Of a stretch of DNA of 64,000 nt, positions 47,926-59,184 are shown piece after piece. Each line of letters opens with the position of its first letter. Position 1 is the stretch's first letter. The position numbers and the translations under genes are program-made. Below the pieces are notes generated by a model that worked only from the letters and a program-made list of their open reading frames with translations, was not told the origin of the DNA and ran no database searches. Origin of the DNA: Zootoca vivipara (taxonomy: Eukaryota); the NCBI RefSeq assembly GCF_963506605.1, contig NC_083288.1, forward strand, positions 46,686,001 to 46,750,000, read 5' to 3'.

Positions 47926-50259
47926 GTTAGAAACCTACTTGTAAGCAGTGCCCAGAAGGCTATCAAATCAGCACATATTACATGAGTGAGGAACTGCCTG
48001 GGTAGACTGACATGCTCACCATGGGCTGAAGAAAAAGTTCACTCCCTTCCCATGTAGTTTGGCCCCAATCAAAATCACACACATGTGCACACAGACATAT
48101 ACACACTTATTTATGATAAATAAAAAAGGATTCAAAGAGTTTGCTGTGATGTATAACATGCCATTTTCTTTTAAATTTAAATCCACCGAGAAAAGTGCAG
48201 CTACAGGCTGACTGAAGAGTTCCTATATTAGTCTAAACCTGCATTCATGATTTAGAACATAACTCGTACCAAATTCTTCTCCAAAGAAGTAATTCAAAGG
48301 TCATTTGGCAGGACAGCTGTGAAAATGCTGGTTGTTGTTCATCATTTTGCTGAGGCCTTTGACTAATTAAACAAACTATTGGGGGGGGGGGGTAGTATTA
48401 TTTCTGTTTGTTTCCATGCTGTGCATTTATGTGTTTTTAAATTGTAAACCACCCTGTGATCCTCGGCCAAGTGGTATAGAATTTTTTTTTTCATTATTCA
48501 ATTTTCCAAATAAACAAAACAAATTACATTTCAAATCAACAAAACAAATTACATTTCATCTTAAATTCACCCTTCTAAATCCTTTCGCTCTGCCGAGCTT
48601 ATGACTTCATGAAGAAGGAAAGCAATAGAGAAAGTCAAATATAAGTTTGACTGCTTTGCTGCACAGCCATCAGCTCGTGATTGCATGCTAATGTATTGCT
48701 TTGTGAGGAGGCAATGATGGAACCAGTCTAACATTCAGTTATTGTTGTTTTTAAACATAAACACCACATCTTTAAAAGGAGAGGGATGGAGAAACTGGGT
48801 GTAATCAATGGGAAATGAGCAGAAAGGGACAAACCTGGTTTGAACTTGGTTGATTTGTGTTTGGTAGAAAAAAATGGATAAACTGTAAACAGTATTTCCA
48901 AATATATATATGTTGGAAGTGAATGATTAGTGGAAAGGTGTTTTTTAGTTGAATTTGAATACTGGTGGGAAACAGTTGAAGGAGGTATTGGCTGTGGGAG
49001 AGAGTGGGTGGTTGTGGTAGGGTTAGTGAGAAAAAACTAGGTCAGCATTGTTATTGGTCATGTTTGGAGGATAAATGGTGAGGGAGAATTTATTTAAAGG
49101 TATATTTTAATAGACTGTGTATATGAACCAAAGGAACATCTAAGAAAGGATGTAGCAGGAACAACATGCTTCTGTATGCTAAATTATCATAAAACATTTA
49201 ATTATATTCTTTATCAATAAAGTAGTTGTATCATACAAAGGTGTGCCTTGATGTTGGATTCAGACTGATACTTGGTATCTGCGGTGGCAGTGAAAATAAA
49301 TTAAGTTTAAAATCCCTAATAAAAACCCAGATCAGGGCTGTAGACCTTAGAGCAGCCTTTCTTCCTAGATGTTGTTGAACTAGAACTTACATCATCCCTA
49401 GCTAGCTGGACCAGTGGTCAGGGGTGATGGGAGCTGTGATCCAACATCACTGGGGACCCAGGGTTGAGAAAGGCTACCTGAAAGCTAGAGAAGGTGGTAC
49501 ATGGGAGTTGAGGTAGATTGCAGGTTGCATTTTGTAAATGCTTCTGGGATTCCATTGAGCAGGCACTATTGATGTGCATTGAAGCATCGTGAAACTACAC
49601 CAGAGAATCAACAACACAGCTATGTCAGCAAAAGAGAGGAGCAGATCCCTGATTGGTTTGAGGCCGGCATTAAGAATATGGAGCTTGTTTTCACTGCAAA
49701 GTTCATGGTTCTTATGAACTACAAGTGTGCACTGGGAAAGAAAAGGAGCGATGCCCAGCAGATTGCTAGACAACGTGCCACTGACTCAGGGCTGGCACAT
49801 CCATTAAGGCGAACTAGGCAGTTGCCTAGGGCGCCAAAATGGAGGGGGCGCTGGCACGATGGGGAGCGCTGCTGGCTTCACAGGACTCACTCTGCCGCGT
49901 GGCCGCTGCACCCCAACGCCACCTACCCGTGTCCAGGGTGGGTGGCAGCAGTGGCGCCGGTGCAGCTCAGGCGTGCCCAGAGCGCCAAGGGCAGCAGTGT
50001 GTGGAGGACACGTGGGGCGAGAGCAGCCACAGCCGGGCCTTTGGCTCCAGGCACCGGTGCCGCGCTCTACTTCTCGGGCAGGCGGAAGCAGCTGCTGTTG
50101 CGCCCGGGGGTCCGTGGCTGAAGCCCGAGGGCGGCCAGAGCAACCCAGCCGTCGACGTCGCAGGTAAGCAGGAGGGGCATTGGGAAGGGAAGGGGGTGAA
50201 GGCTGGGCCAGGCCCGCAGGGAGGAGGCAGACACCTGGGGGGTGCCAGAAGGTGATCTC

Positions 50260-50708
50260 TCTTAGAATTTTTAAGTGTCAGGTGTGACTGTAGCCTGAAC
50301 ACAGCAGAGTTTGCGCAGGTTTTTTTCCGGAAGCTTCTGGCGGTAACTGAAATGACTAGACGTCTGGACGCAGAATAAACTATTTACAGGATTTATTAAA
50401 ATAAAAGAAAACAGAGTTTCTATATACAAAGCAAAGCAAAATAAATCCTCTCCTCTCTGTCTCTCTCTCAACCTATACAGCAATTTCTCTCCTACACTCA
50501 CCACACCACATACTGAACTGGCTTTCACAGATAACAAGTCTCAGTGTTGAACCTCAACCAATAGAAACGCTGTTGCTAAGGTAGAAGCAGACCTTGGCTT
50601 TCTGCCAAATGTTATTAGTTTGACCTAGATTAGTTTGACCTAGATTCGATTGTGTGAAGAAGTAATCTGATGGTGTTTTATGCTACTGACTCAGCAAAAA
50701 CCCGAACA
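50260..50708 (-). repeat. Copia 3' LTR
   Basis: Direct repeat of 54816-55264; preceded on minus strand by the PPT; contains TATA-like TATATAGA, AATAAA and a 15-bp tandem duplication. Confidence 0.95.
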
Positions 50709-52832
50709 CCCCCTCTCAGATTCTTCTGAACCAATTAACTCTTGTGTAGAGAAATTTTCACTTGCTTTTTCTAGCAACCCTAAACCTTTACACATTTGTT
50801 TGTTCTTGATCTTTGACAACGGTTTAGTTAACACATCAGCAATATTTTCCTCACTAGATACATAAGTACATTTAATCACATCATTCTGTACACAGCAACG
50901 TACGTTTTGGTATTTCACTGCAATGTGTTTCGAACGTGATTTCAAACCTTCTGTATTACTCAAAGTTATGCATGCTTGGTTATCCACATAAACTTGTACA
51001 TGTTGTTCACAATTTACATTTATATCTGTTAACAACTGCTTGAAATAAATCACTTCATTGCATAATTCATTAATTGCAGCAAATTCCGACTCAGTAGACG
51101 ATCCACTTACTACGTTTTGCTTCCTGGACCGCCAACTAATTAATGTCCCTCCAAACATAATGACTAAACCAGTAACAGATTTTCGATCTGGCAGATTTCC
51201 CCAGTCACTATCACAGTAACAATACAGTACTTCATCTCCTTCTGAATTTAATTGTAAAACATAGCCAATTGTTTGCTTAAGGTACCTTAGTACTTGTTTC
51301 ACTGCTTTCCATGCATTAAGCGTAGGTTTTGAAACCAGTCTGCTTAGTATGCCAACTGCGTAACTAATATCTGGTCTGGACCACTGTGCCAGATATAACA
51401 AACTCCCAATAACTGAATGATATAGTTCAGGGTGTTCAAACAATGAGCTCTCATCTGTGTGAAGTGATTTTATAAATCCAGGCTCCATAGGTACTGCAGT
51501 TCCTTTGCAGTCTTGCATCCTATAGTTAATTAAAAGCTGCTTGATTTTACTCTGCTGACTTATCAAACAACTACCATCCTTGGCCCAGCACACTTCCAAG
51601 CCTAAATATGACCGAACTGGACCTAGGTCCTTTACTTTAAATTTGCTAGACAGTTGTTTTGCAAACCTTTTTGTCTGTTTGTCTGACTTGCAACCATATA
51701 AGACATCATCAACATATATTAGACACAACTCTTGTTCACTTCCAGTTCCACGAACATAGACACAATTGTCTGCTACACTCTGTTTGAAATTTAAAGATAC
51801 CAATGCTTCGTGAAGACATTTATTCCAGGATCTAGCAGCCTGCTTAAGCCCATAGAGAGCTTTATTTAACTTTAACACTCTATTGCACCCTGTCCCAAAT
51901 CCAGGTGGCTCAGTAAGGTAAAGTTCTTCAGTTAAAGATGCATGTAAGTATGCAGCTTGTATATCAAAATGATTGAGTTTCAGCTTTCTTTTAGCTCCTA
52001 TTGTCAGAAGTAACCTTACACTTTCAGGCCTGACAGTCGGGGCAAAAGTCTCGTCAAAGTCCAGTCCAGGTCTTTGAGTATACCCCTGTGCTACTAAACG
52101 AGCCTTGTGTTTGTACCCTCCTGTTACTAGAGGCTTAAGCTTATACACCCATCTGCAGCCCACAATTTTAACCCCCTCAGGCTTTGCTACTGGTGTAAAA
52201 ACTTTATGCTCATTTAGAGAAGACATCTCTTCCTGCATAGCCTGTAACCACATGTTAGCCTGCTCTTCTGGCAAACTCAGCACTTCCTGATAGCTTCTTG
52301 GCTCCACAAAAACATTAAACACGTTAGCCATATCAGGAGAATAACGTTCTGGTGGTACACCTTTGTTTTTCCTCTGAGATCGCCTGGGAGAAAAAGTTTC
52401 TGCAGTCTCACTTTCCCCCTCAGAACTTTGCCCCCCTTTCGGTTCCTTAGCAACAGGTGAAGTCTGACTAGTTTCTTGCTGTGAGGATATCTTATCTGTA
52501 CTTTTCTCCCCCTCATTCTCAGACTCTCCACTCTCAGGCTCTTTTTTACTATCACTGCGTCCTTGGGAAGATTGAAACCAAATTTCTGTGTTAGCATGTA
52601 ATTTCTCCCAACCACTATGCTCACAAAAAGTGGCATTTCTGGAAATTACAATTCCATTTGCTCCTTCTGCGAACCTATATCCTTTTCCAAGCTCCTGATA
52701 ACCCACAAAAATTAGCTGCTTGGTTTTAGGCTCTCCTTTCTCGCGTACCTGTTTGGGAATAAGTACCCATGCTTTTGACCCAAACACATGCAAATGGTCT
52801 ACTTTAGGACATTGGTAACCCAGCATCTTCAA
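50691..52832 (-). CDS. Copia pol C-terminal part: integrase tail, reverse transcriptase, RNase H (out of frame with the upstream part)
   Basis: HLHVFGS, KARLVAQGYTQ, LYGLKQA, YVDD, YCDSDWG, ADVLTK motifs in the 713-aa ORF. Confidence 0.92.
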   Translation of the reverse strand: MKMLGYQCPKVDHLHVFGSKAWVLIPKQVREKGEPKTKQLIFVGYQELGKGYRFAEGANGIVISRNATFCEHSGWEKLHANTEIWFQSSQGRSDSKKEPESGESENEGEKSTDKISSQQETSQTSPVAKEPKGGQSSEGESETAETFSPRRSQRKNKGVPPERYSPDMANVFNVFVEPRSYQEVLSLPEEQANMWLQAMQEEMSSLNEHKVFTPVAKPEGVKIVGCRWVYKLKPLVTGGYKHKARLVAQGYTQRPGLDFDETFAPTVRPESVRLLLTIGAKRKLKLNHFDIQAAYLHASLTEELYLTEPPGFGTGCNRVLKLNKALYGLKQAARSWNKCLHEALVSLNFKQSVADNCVYVRGTGSEQELCLIYVDDVLYGCKSDKQTKRFAKQLSSKFKVKDLGPVRSYLGLEVCWAKDGSCLISQQSKIKQLLINYRMQDCKGTAVPMEPGFIKSLHTDESSLFEHPELYHSVIGSLLYLAQWSRPDISYAVGILSRLVSKPTLNAWKAVKQVLRYLKQTIGYVLQLNSEGDEVLYCYCDSDWGNLPDRKSVTGLVIMFGGTLISWRSRKQNVVSGSSTESEFAAINELCNEVIYFKQLLTDINVNCEQHVQVYVDNQACITLSNTEGLKSRSKHIAVKYQNVRCCVQNDVIKCTYVSSEENIADVLTKPLSKIKNKQMCKGLGLLEKASENFSTQELIGSEESERGCSGFC

Positions 52833-54630
52833 TCATAGAAAACATCATAGTTTGTAAAGATCTATTTTTCCTTTCCACAAGTCCGTTCTCCTCCGGGGGA
52901 AAAACGTTTGTTTTTCTATGCCCTATGCCCCGTTTATGCAACCAATCACGGAAAGCATTTGACAAAAATTCTCCACCTTTATCCGTCTGAATCCTTTTCA
53001 GTTTGAAAGAAAAAAACCTCTCCACAGACGCCACCCAGCCTTTGAACTTAGTAAACACGTCTCCCTTGCTTTTCATGGGATAAACCCAGGAATAACGCGT
53101 TGCGTCATCCACAATAGTCAAAGAAAAACGTGCTCCACCTCTGCTAACAGCAAATGGACCAATTACATCCATATGAACAAGCTGTAGCGGTGTATCGCTC
53201 ACTCTATCACTTCTGGGAAATGATACTCTCTGGGTTTTAACTTTTTTGCAAACATTGCAATCCAAAAATTTATTACAATTCTTCAATTTGCACCCATCAG
53301 CTAGCAGAGGCATTTTTAAAATACTTTTCCAACCAGCATGTCCCATTTTTCTATGTAATAAATGCACACAGTTGTCATGCACAGCTTTGTTACCCAACAC
53401 AGGCTGAGATTCACTGACTACTGCTGAAATTGGAGAACCTGCTTTAAGCATAAACAAACCTCCCTCTGACTTAGCAGTTCCCAGAATCTCACCATTCTTT
53501 TTGATAACACAGCTGTTTTCTTCAAAATGTACTTTGAAACCAGCTTTTAGCAAACAATCTACTGACATTAAGTTGCTTCTTAGTGAGGGCACACATAACA
53601 CATTCTCCAGGCACTCACGCAGACAAGGAACAAACACTGAACCCCCTGAATGTACCTCAGAAGTTCTCCCGTCAGCGAGAGCAATTTGGCTACGTTGTGC
53701 CATGCTCTTTGAAACAAACAACTCGTCAGAATTTACGATGTGACGAGTGGCACCTGAGTCAACCACCCAGACAGTTTGTTTCTCATTAGCAACCTTGACC
53801 ACGGCTGTCACAAGATGAGCCGACTGTTTATGCTTGAAAAATTTCTTCTGCCGCTGTTGCTGCTGCTGTTGCTGCTGCTGATCTTGTCGCTGATACTTGG
53901 TCACCTCTGGGCACCCACGTTTTAGATGTTTTGTCGATCCACACTGAAAACACCATCGCACAGCATACGCTGACTCTTCACAGGAACGTGGTGGTTGCTG
54001 CTTCCCTTCTGGAACGGCATTCACATTCTTTCCAAGCTGACCGCTTGTCGATGCCTCTGCAGCCAATGACCTGTCTTCCCGTTTCTGCCATTCTTCCAGC
54101 AAACGCCCAGTAACATAACTAACAGTTAAATCATCTTCTTTCATTGCCTCAAAAGTCATTACTAAATTGTCCCAGCTTTCAGGGAGAGAGCTCAAAATGA
54201 TAGACACTTTCTCCTCCTGGGCTAATTTACAGTCTCTTTCCTGAAGTTCTACAAACTTCATCTGTAAACTGTGCAGATGATCATGCATTGTCACTCCAGG
54301 CTGTAACATCGCCTTGTATAATGACTTACGAATAGATAACTTGGAAACAGCAGTTTCACGTACATGTGGGTCTTTCAACGCTGTCCACACACCTTTGGCT
54401 GTTTAAATCCCCCGTACATGCGGTAACTGGGAATTCTCTAGCCCCAAGATAATGGTGGCCCTTGCTCTTTAGTCATTATCCAGGTCTTCATCATCTGGCT
54501 TCGTAGGTGGCTTATTCACAGCCTGCCAGAGATGCTCCCTTTGCAGCACTGCCTGCATGCGTTCAGACCATAGCAAGTAGTTGCTGTCATTCAGACGCTC
54601 AAACGCCATCTGAAACGGTTGTGACGCCAT
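52804..54630 (-). pseudogene. Copia gag-protease-integrase (disrupted)
   Basis: ATG at 54630 (MASQPFQMAFERLNDSNYLLW); in-frame TAA at 54471-54469 and 54405-54403; zinc knuckle CFQCGSTKHLKRGC; protease WVVDSGAT; integrase HHCC and DDE residues (HMD, QTDKGGE, NGLVERKNR). Confidence 0.92.
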
Positions 54631-54815
54631 CTGAGAGCAATGTTCCCTGGAACCTGGAACCAGCTACTCACGGCCTCCGAGAGAGAACAGGAAACACAGC
54701 ATCCAGCACTTCCACGCTGCAGCTGTTGTCCAAACGATTCCACGCGTCCACGGCTTCACCAGCTCACTGATGCCAACACGCCAGCCAGGAACCAGCCAGT
54801 GTCCTTCCCATAACC

Positions 54816-55264
54816 TCTTAGAATTTTTAAGTGTCAGGTGTGACTGCAGCCTGAACACAGCAGAGTTTGCGCAGGTTTTTTTCCGGAAGCTTCTGGCGGT
54901 AACTGAAATGACTAGACGTCTGGACGCAGAATAAACTATTTACAGGATTTATTAAAATAAAAGAAAACAGAGTTTCTATATACAAAGCAAAGCAAAATAA
55001 ATCCTCTCCTCTCTGTCTCTCTCTCAACCTATACAGCAATTTCTCTCCTACACTCACCACACCACATACTGAACTGGCTTTCACAGATAACAAGTCTCAG
55101 TGTTGAACATCAACCAATAGAAAAGCTGTTGCTAAGGTAGAAGCAGACCTTGGCTTTCTGCCAAATTTGATTAGTTTGACCTAGATTAGTTTGACCTAGA
55201 TTCGATTGTGTGAAGAAGTAATCTGATGGTGTTTTATGCTACTGACTCAGCAAAAACCCGAACA
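54816..55264 (-). repeat. Copia 5' LTR
   Basis: Direct repeat of 50260-50708; on minus strand starts TGTTCGGG, ends CTAAGA, followed by the PBS. Confidence 0.95.
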
Positions 55265-58200
55265 ATCTCACCTAGGGCGCAAAAAACCCTAGCACCGGCC
55301 CTGCATTGACTACTGGTTAAAGCTGTGTCAGAGCCTTCAACTCAACAGGGACAAGACTGTTGAGAGGCAACACTGTCGTAGATAGGCATGGAATCAGCAT
55401 TTGAAGCAATAGGAAAATTGCACCACTGAAAACCTTGCCTAGAGAGATCATCACAGACTGCAGAAAGCAGATGAAGAGATGGGCAGAGATCAATCAGAAA
55501 CTGTACTTACTAATGGGAAAACACAGCAATTGAAATAATCCAAACTCTGTCTCGGTAGAGCTGGATGTCCCTCCCGCCCTTGAAGAGCTGAATAATGATC
55601 TATGTTATTTTATTGATGCTGTTGCTGTGGGTTTGTCATGGGCTTTGCTTAGAACAATAAATTTATTTTGATTAAATGAGAACAAATGAACATAGAACTT
55701 AAGTCCCAATCAGTTCCACATTTGAAAGAGCAAGGCTTTCAAGAGCAAGCCTATCACACTCAGAAGTAACCACCATGAAGGAATTCATTTCCAGGACAAA
55801 TACCACCGGCAAATGCAGCATGGAAAAGGTGATTAACAAGCAGACTATGTTCCTCTGGCTTAGAGTTAATGAAAGAAAGCAAAGTAGCTAGTCATAAAGG
55901 AATTTATTGGATCCCAACGCCCACCAATTTGCCATGCTTGGTCAATTTGTCAGCCAAATAGACAAGTGGTTGTCACTTTCCAGAGGTCCACAGTGACACT
56001 CCTGTTCATTTGCGGAGGTTTCATTTTTTGTGGGCCTCATGACAGATCTCTGCAACGGGAAATGAATATTAGAAAACTTTGATTACTCCCAAACAATGGA
56101 TTCATATCTATCTTTAAATTGTGCAAATATTATTCCACATACCAGAATAATTACCTCCAATTAGTCACTTTTGATGATATATTTCCTTTTTACTGACTCA
56201 GTTTTCTGGCTGGCTTCTTTTATTTAACCTGCTTTTTTCTATGCTGAGACCCAATAAAACTTTATTTCTCTCCCTACTAAGTAGGACCAGATGAAACTTT
56301 GGCTTTGATAAGGTAAACATGATCTATGGCAATCTGATAGAAACACTTCAACTTAGAACTGGCAATTATCTCTGGTGTAATTATCCAATTAATCATAAGC
56401 ACATCGGCTTCTCTTCTCCACCTCAGGGGAGTGAAAATAGCCACATACAAACTATGAAGCAAAACTGGATGAAGCAATCTCCAGACACTGTGCCATTCAG
56501 AGCTCATGCTGCATCCAAGGCAGCCTCAAACTGATCACTGGTTTGTTTACCCAGAGTGGGCCACATTTTCACATGCATGTCAGAGAGACTTTCCTCATCA
56601 ACAATACTTGAATGATGATGTTTAAGGTTCCTATTGCTCAATGTTCTATGAGGGATCCACTTCCAATTTTTCACCAATATTATCAGTCTGGAGATTTCAT
56701 CATTGGTGGCATCATGTCTCAGATTTATATAACTTCAATAATATTAACCTTCCGTAAACCTCCCTCTCCTCAATTTTTTGATGAGATTTTGTAAGGAATT
56801 GTGTTTTTTAATATATTAAATATATGTTTAATGAATATATTTCTGCATTTCACATATGACGATTAAGAAGATGGCGATGGTTTCTATTAGCCTTCTCTCC
56901 TTCTTAGTAGTTTAGATGCTTATTGGGGGTGGGATGGAAGACCTTGAGGTATACCTAAAAATTATTTGTGCAAGCTGTGCCAACCTTAGATTCAGAATTT
57001 CAATTTATAAGGAAGGTCTGAAACTAGCATCTAGTTATTATAAGATTATCAAAAGGCAGCAGAAACAGTTTCACTTTTTAAAGGTTTTAGTGCTATTACC
57101 CATGGAAGACTTTGAAATTGAAAATCCATATTTGACATTTCTGAAACCTGCCATGAATGGTTAATCACTAAGATTAGAAAATGACCTTGTTACCAGCTTT
57201 GGGTAGTGCTGTATGAATGGATGTCCGGGCATTGTCAACTCATTAAACATTATAATATATCATTACTATCATCATTAAGTTTGGTAATAATAAAATGATA
57301 ATAGAGTTGGCAGGGGCAACTACTTACATTCTGCAAATAAGAAGCTCATTCCTACTTGAAATATGGTCCTAGATCACATTATGTTGTGTTATATGCACAA
57401 AATGTCCAAATACCAACATAACATTGTATTGGTAGAATCCTTTCTCTTTCCCAAACTGTAATAAAATTATGGGGGAAAGTAAATTAGATTTTTGTAATTT
57501 CTCTCATGCTCACAACATATTTCAATGGATTGAATCCATTCAATATAGGATTCAATGGCAGTATTGTGTGATTTTTGACACATAGATAGGGAAATATGTT
57601 AATATTGAGTTTTTCAGGAAACAATAGCAGGGGAAACAGAGTGTTGTGCTTGTATCTGTGCAAAGAGGCTGTTACTTATCAACATCAAAACCATTTTTTC
57701 TTTTTTAAAAAAAAATGTTTAGGGGTACTCTTATTTTCCTACTCATATTGAAATACTGCCCCACAATGAGGCCAAACTTAGATTCACAAAAAGTTTAGGG
57801 TATGTGTACCCCTGCGTATCCCCAGAAAAAGCACTGATCAAAGCCATGTCAAGAGTTGACTGTACAGGAAAGCCAAATGTTCAGGTCTATCTATCGACCC
57901 TGAACAAATCTCCATGGACAATCAATTTTTCTGAGCCTGCGCTGTTATTCAATGTGTTATGCTTTCCTTTCAGCCCAGTGACACAACTCTATCAGCATAT
58001 CCTAGCTTTGACATTTGCTGTGAAGGAAATAAATGAGAATCCACGTATCCTACCCAATGTCACACTCGGCTTCCACATCTATAACAGCCATTTCATTGCA
58101 AGTTGGACCTATCAAGCCTCTCTTGAACTTCTATCCAGGCAAGGCAGATTCATCCCTAACTACAAGTGTGATGCTGAACATATTCCAATAGCTGTCATTG

Positions 58201-58734
58201 GGGGGTCAAACTCAGACTCATGTCTCCAGATAGCCACCATCCTGTGCAGATACAAGATGCCCCAGGTGAGATTTGTGCCTAGAGCATGGATGGCAGTCAA
58301 AAGATTTACATTTGTCTTTGATGATATCCCTTCAGGCTGAATGTTGGTACTTGTACTTGAGCATCTTTAAAAATTGGAGGTACATCACAAACCTCAGGGA
58401 TAAAACAATTTAGACCTCAAGAGAACAGGGATCATTTTATACTGCCTGAAGCAGTTGTTTAAAAAGAATAGGTCACTGGTAATATTTGAATGTATTTTCA
58501 TGGATATTGAAAAATGGAATTTTAATATACATGCATACCTATATAGAAAACATAAGGGAAACAAGGTAAAAACATAAGTTGTAATCCATGAATTACCGGT
58601 ATAACTTGTTTGTCCTCGCTGATTCCTCTGGCCAGCATGTTCTTTAAGTTTCCACACTCAGCAAAACAACGGTGAAACAACCAGCCAACCTCCAACTCCT
58701 CCCTTCTTTTCTAAGACAAACACACACTTTTAAA

Positions 58735-59184
58735 TGTCCCAGGACATTCTATACAAGATCTCAAAGTAGCTGTCTTACTACAAAAGAATTTCAGAAATAG
58801 ACTGGAAAGAGAAGTTGCTGAATTGCAACTTATCACCAAGCTCAAAACCATGGAGGGACCTGGTTTGAACAGAGATATCGGATTCTTATCTCATTATACA
58901 TGATAAGCGATCTTCAGCCATCTCAACCCTTGCTTTTTCATGCAAAACCATTTGCAGTCGTTTGCGGTCATCAACAGCTATCAGTCAGTCAATCACCCAT
59001 TTCCACCACCCTTCTGAGTGATCCCCCCTCCCCATCCCCACCCCTCCCCACCCCTTCTCTACATAAGTGCCTGGAAACTTCCATTTCACTGTATCTGAAG
59101 AAGTGTGCATGCACACGAAAGCTCATACCAAAATAAAAACTTAGTTGGTCTTTAAGGTGCTACTGAAGGAATTTTTTTTATTTT
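58735..59184 (+). mobile_element. Penelope-like element 3' end (GIY-YIG endonuclease C-terminus, 3' UTR, pLTR) in V2R-F intron 2
   Basis: PGHSIQDLKVAVL...REVAELQLITKLKT..GLNRDIGFLSHYT*; 13-bp TSD ACACACTTTTAAA (58722-58734, 59185-59197). Confidence 0.9.
59091..59128 (+). ncRNA. Minimal type I hammerhead ribozyme motif (Penelope pLTR)
   Basis: GUAU-CUGAAGA-A-GUGUGCAUGCACAC-GAAAGCUC-AUAC: stem I GUAU/AUAC, CUGANGA and GAAA cores, palindromic stem II, CUC cleavage triplet. Confidence 0.75.

Larger units (their letters stand above)
50260..55264 (-). mobile_element. Full-length Ty1/Copia LTR retrotransposon (5005 bp), coding-defective
   Basis: 449-bp LTRs at 50260-50708 and 54816-55264 (5 mismatches by eye); 5-bp TSD ATCTC (50255-50259, 55265-55269); Copia-type PBS GGTTATGGG abutting the 5' LTR; PPT GAGAGGGGG abutting the 3' LTR; domain order gag-PR-IN-RT-RH. 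Confidence 0.97.
49787..55303. mobile_element. Non-autonomous hAT-type DNA transposon (~507 bp), interrupted by the Copia element
   Basis: TIRs CAGGGCTGG.../...CCGGCCCTG; 8-bp TSD CACTGACT (49779-49786) / CATTGACT (55304-55311); GC-rich interior. Confidence 0.85.
49540..55590 (+). mobile_element. Degenerate RTE-clade LINE fragment (pieces ~49540-49786 and ~55312-55590) split by the hAT/Copia nest
   Basis: Peptide DWFEA...AQQIARQRATD continues in frame as YWLKLCQSLQL and later KQMKRWAE once the hAT element is removed; resembles the RTE ORF between the endonuclease and RT domains. Confidence 0.6.

Noticed and set aside
50271-50537. 88-aa ORF duplicated at 54827-55093
   Set aside because: It is the LTR read in one frame, with no recognisable domain.
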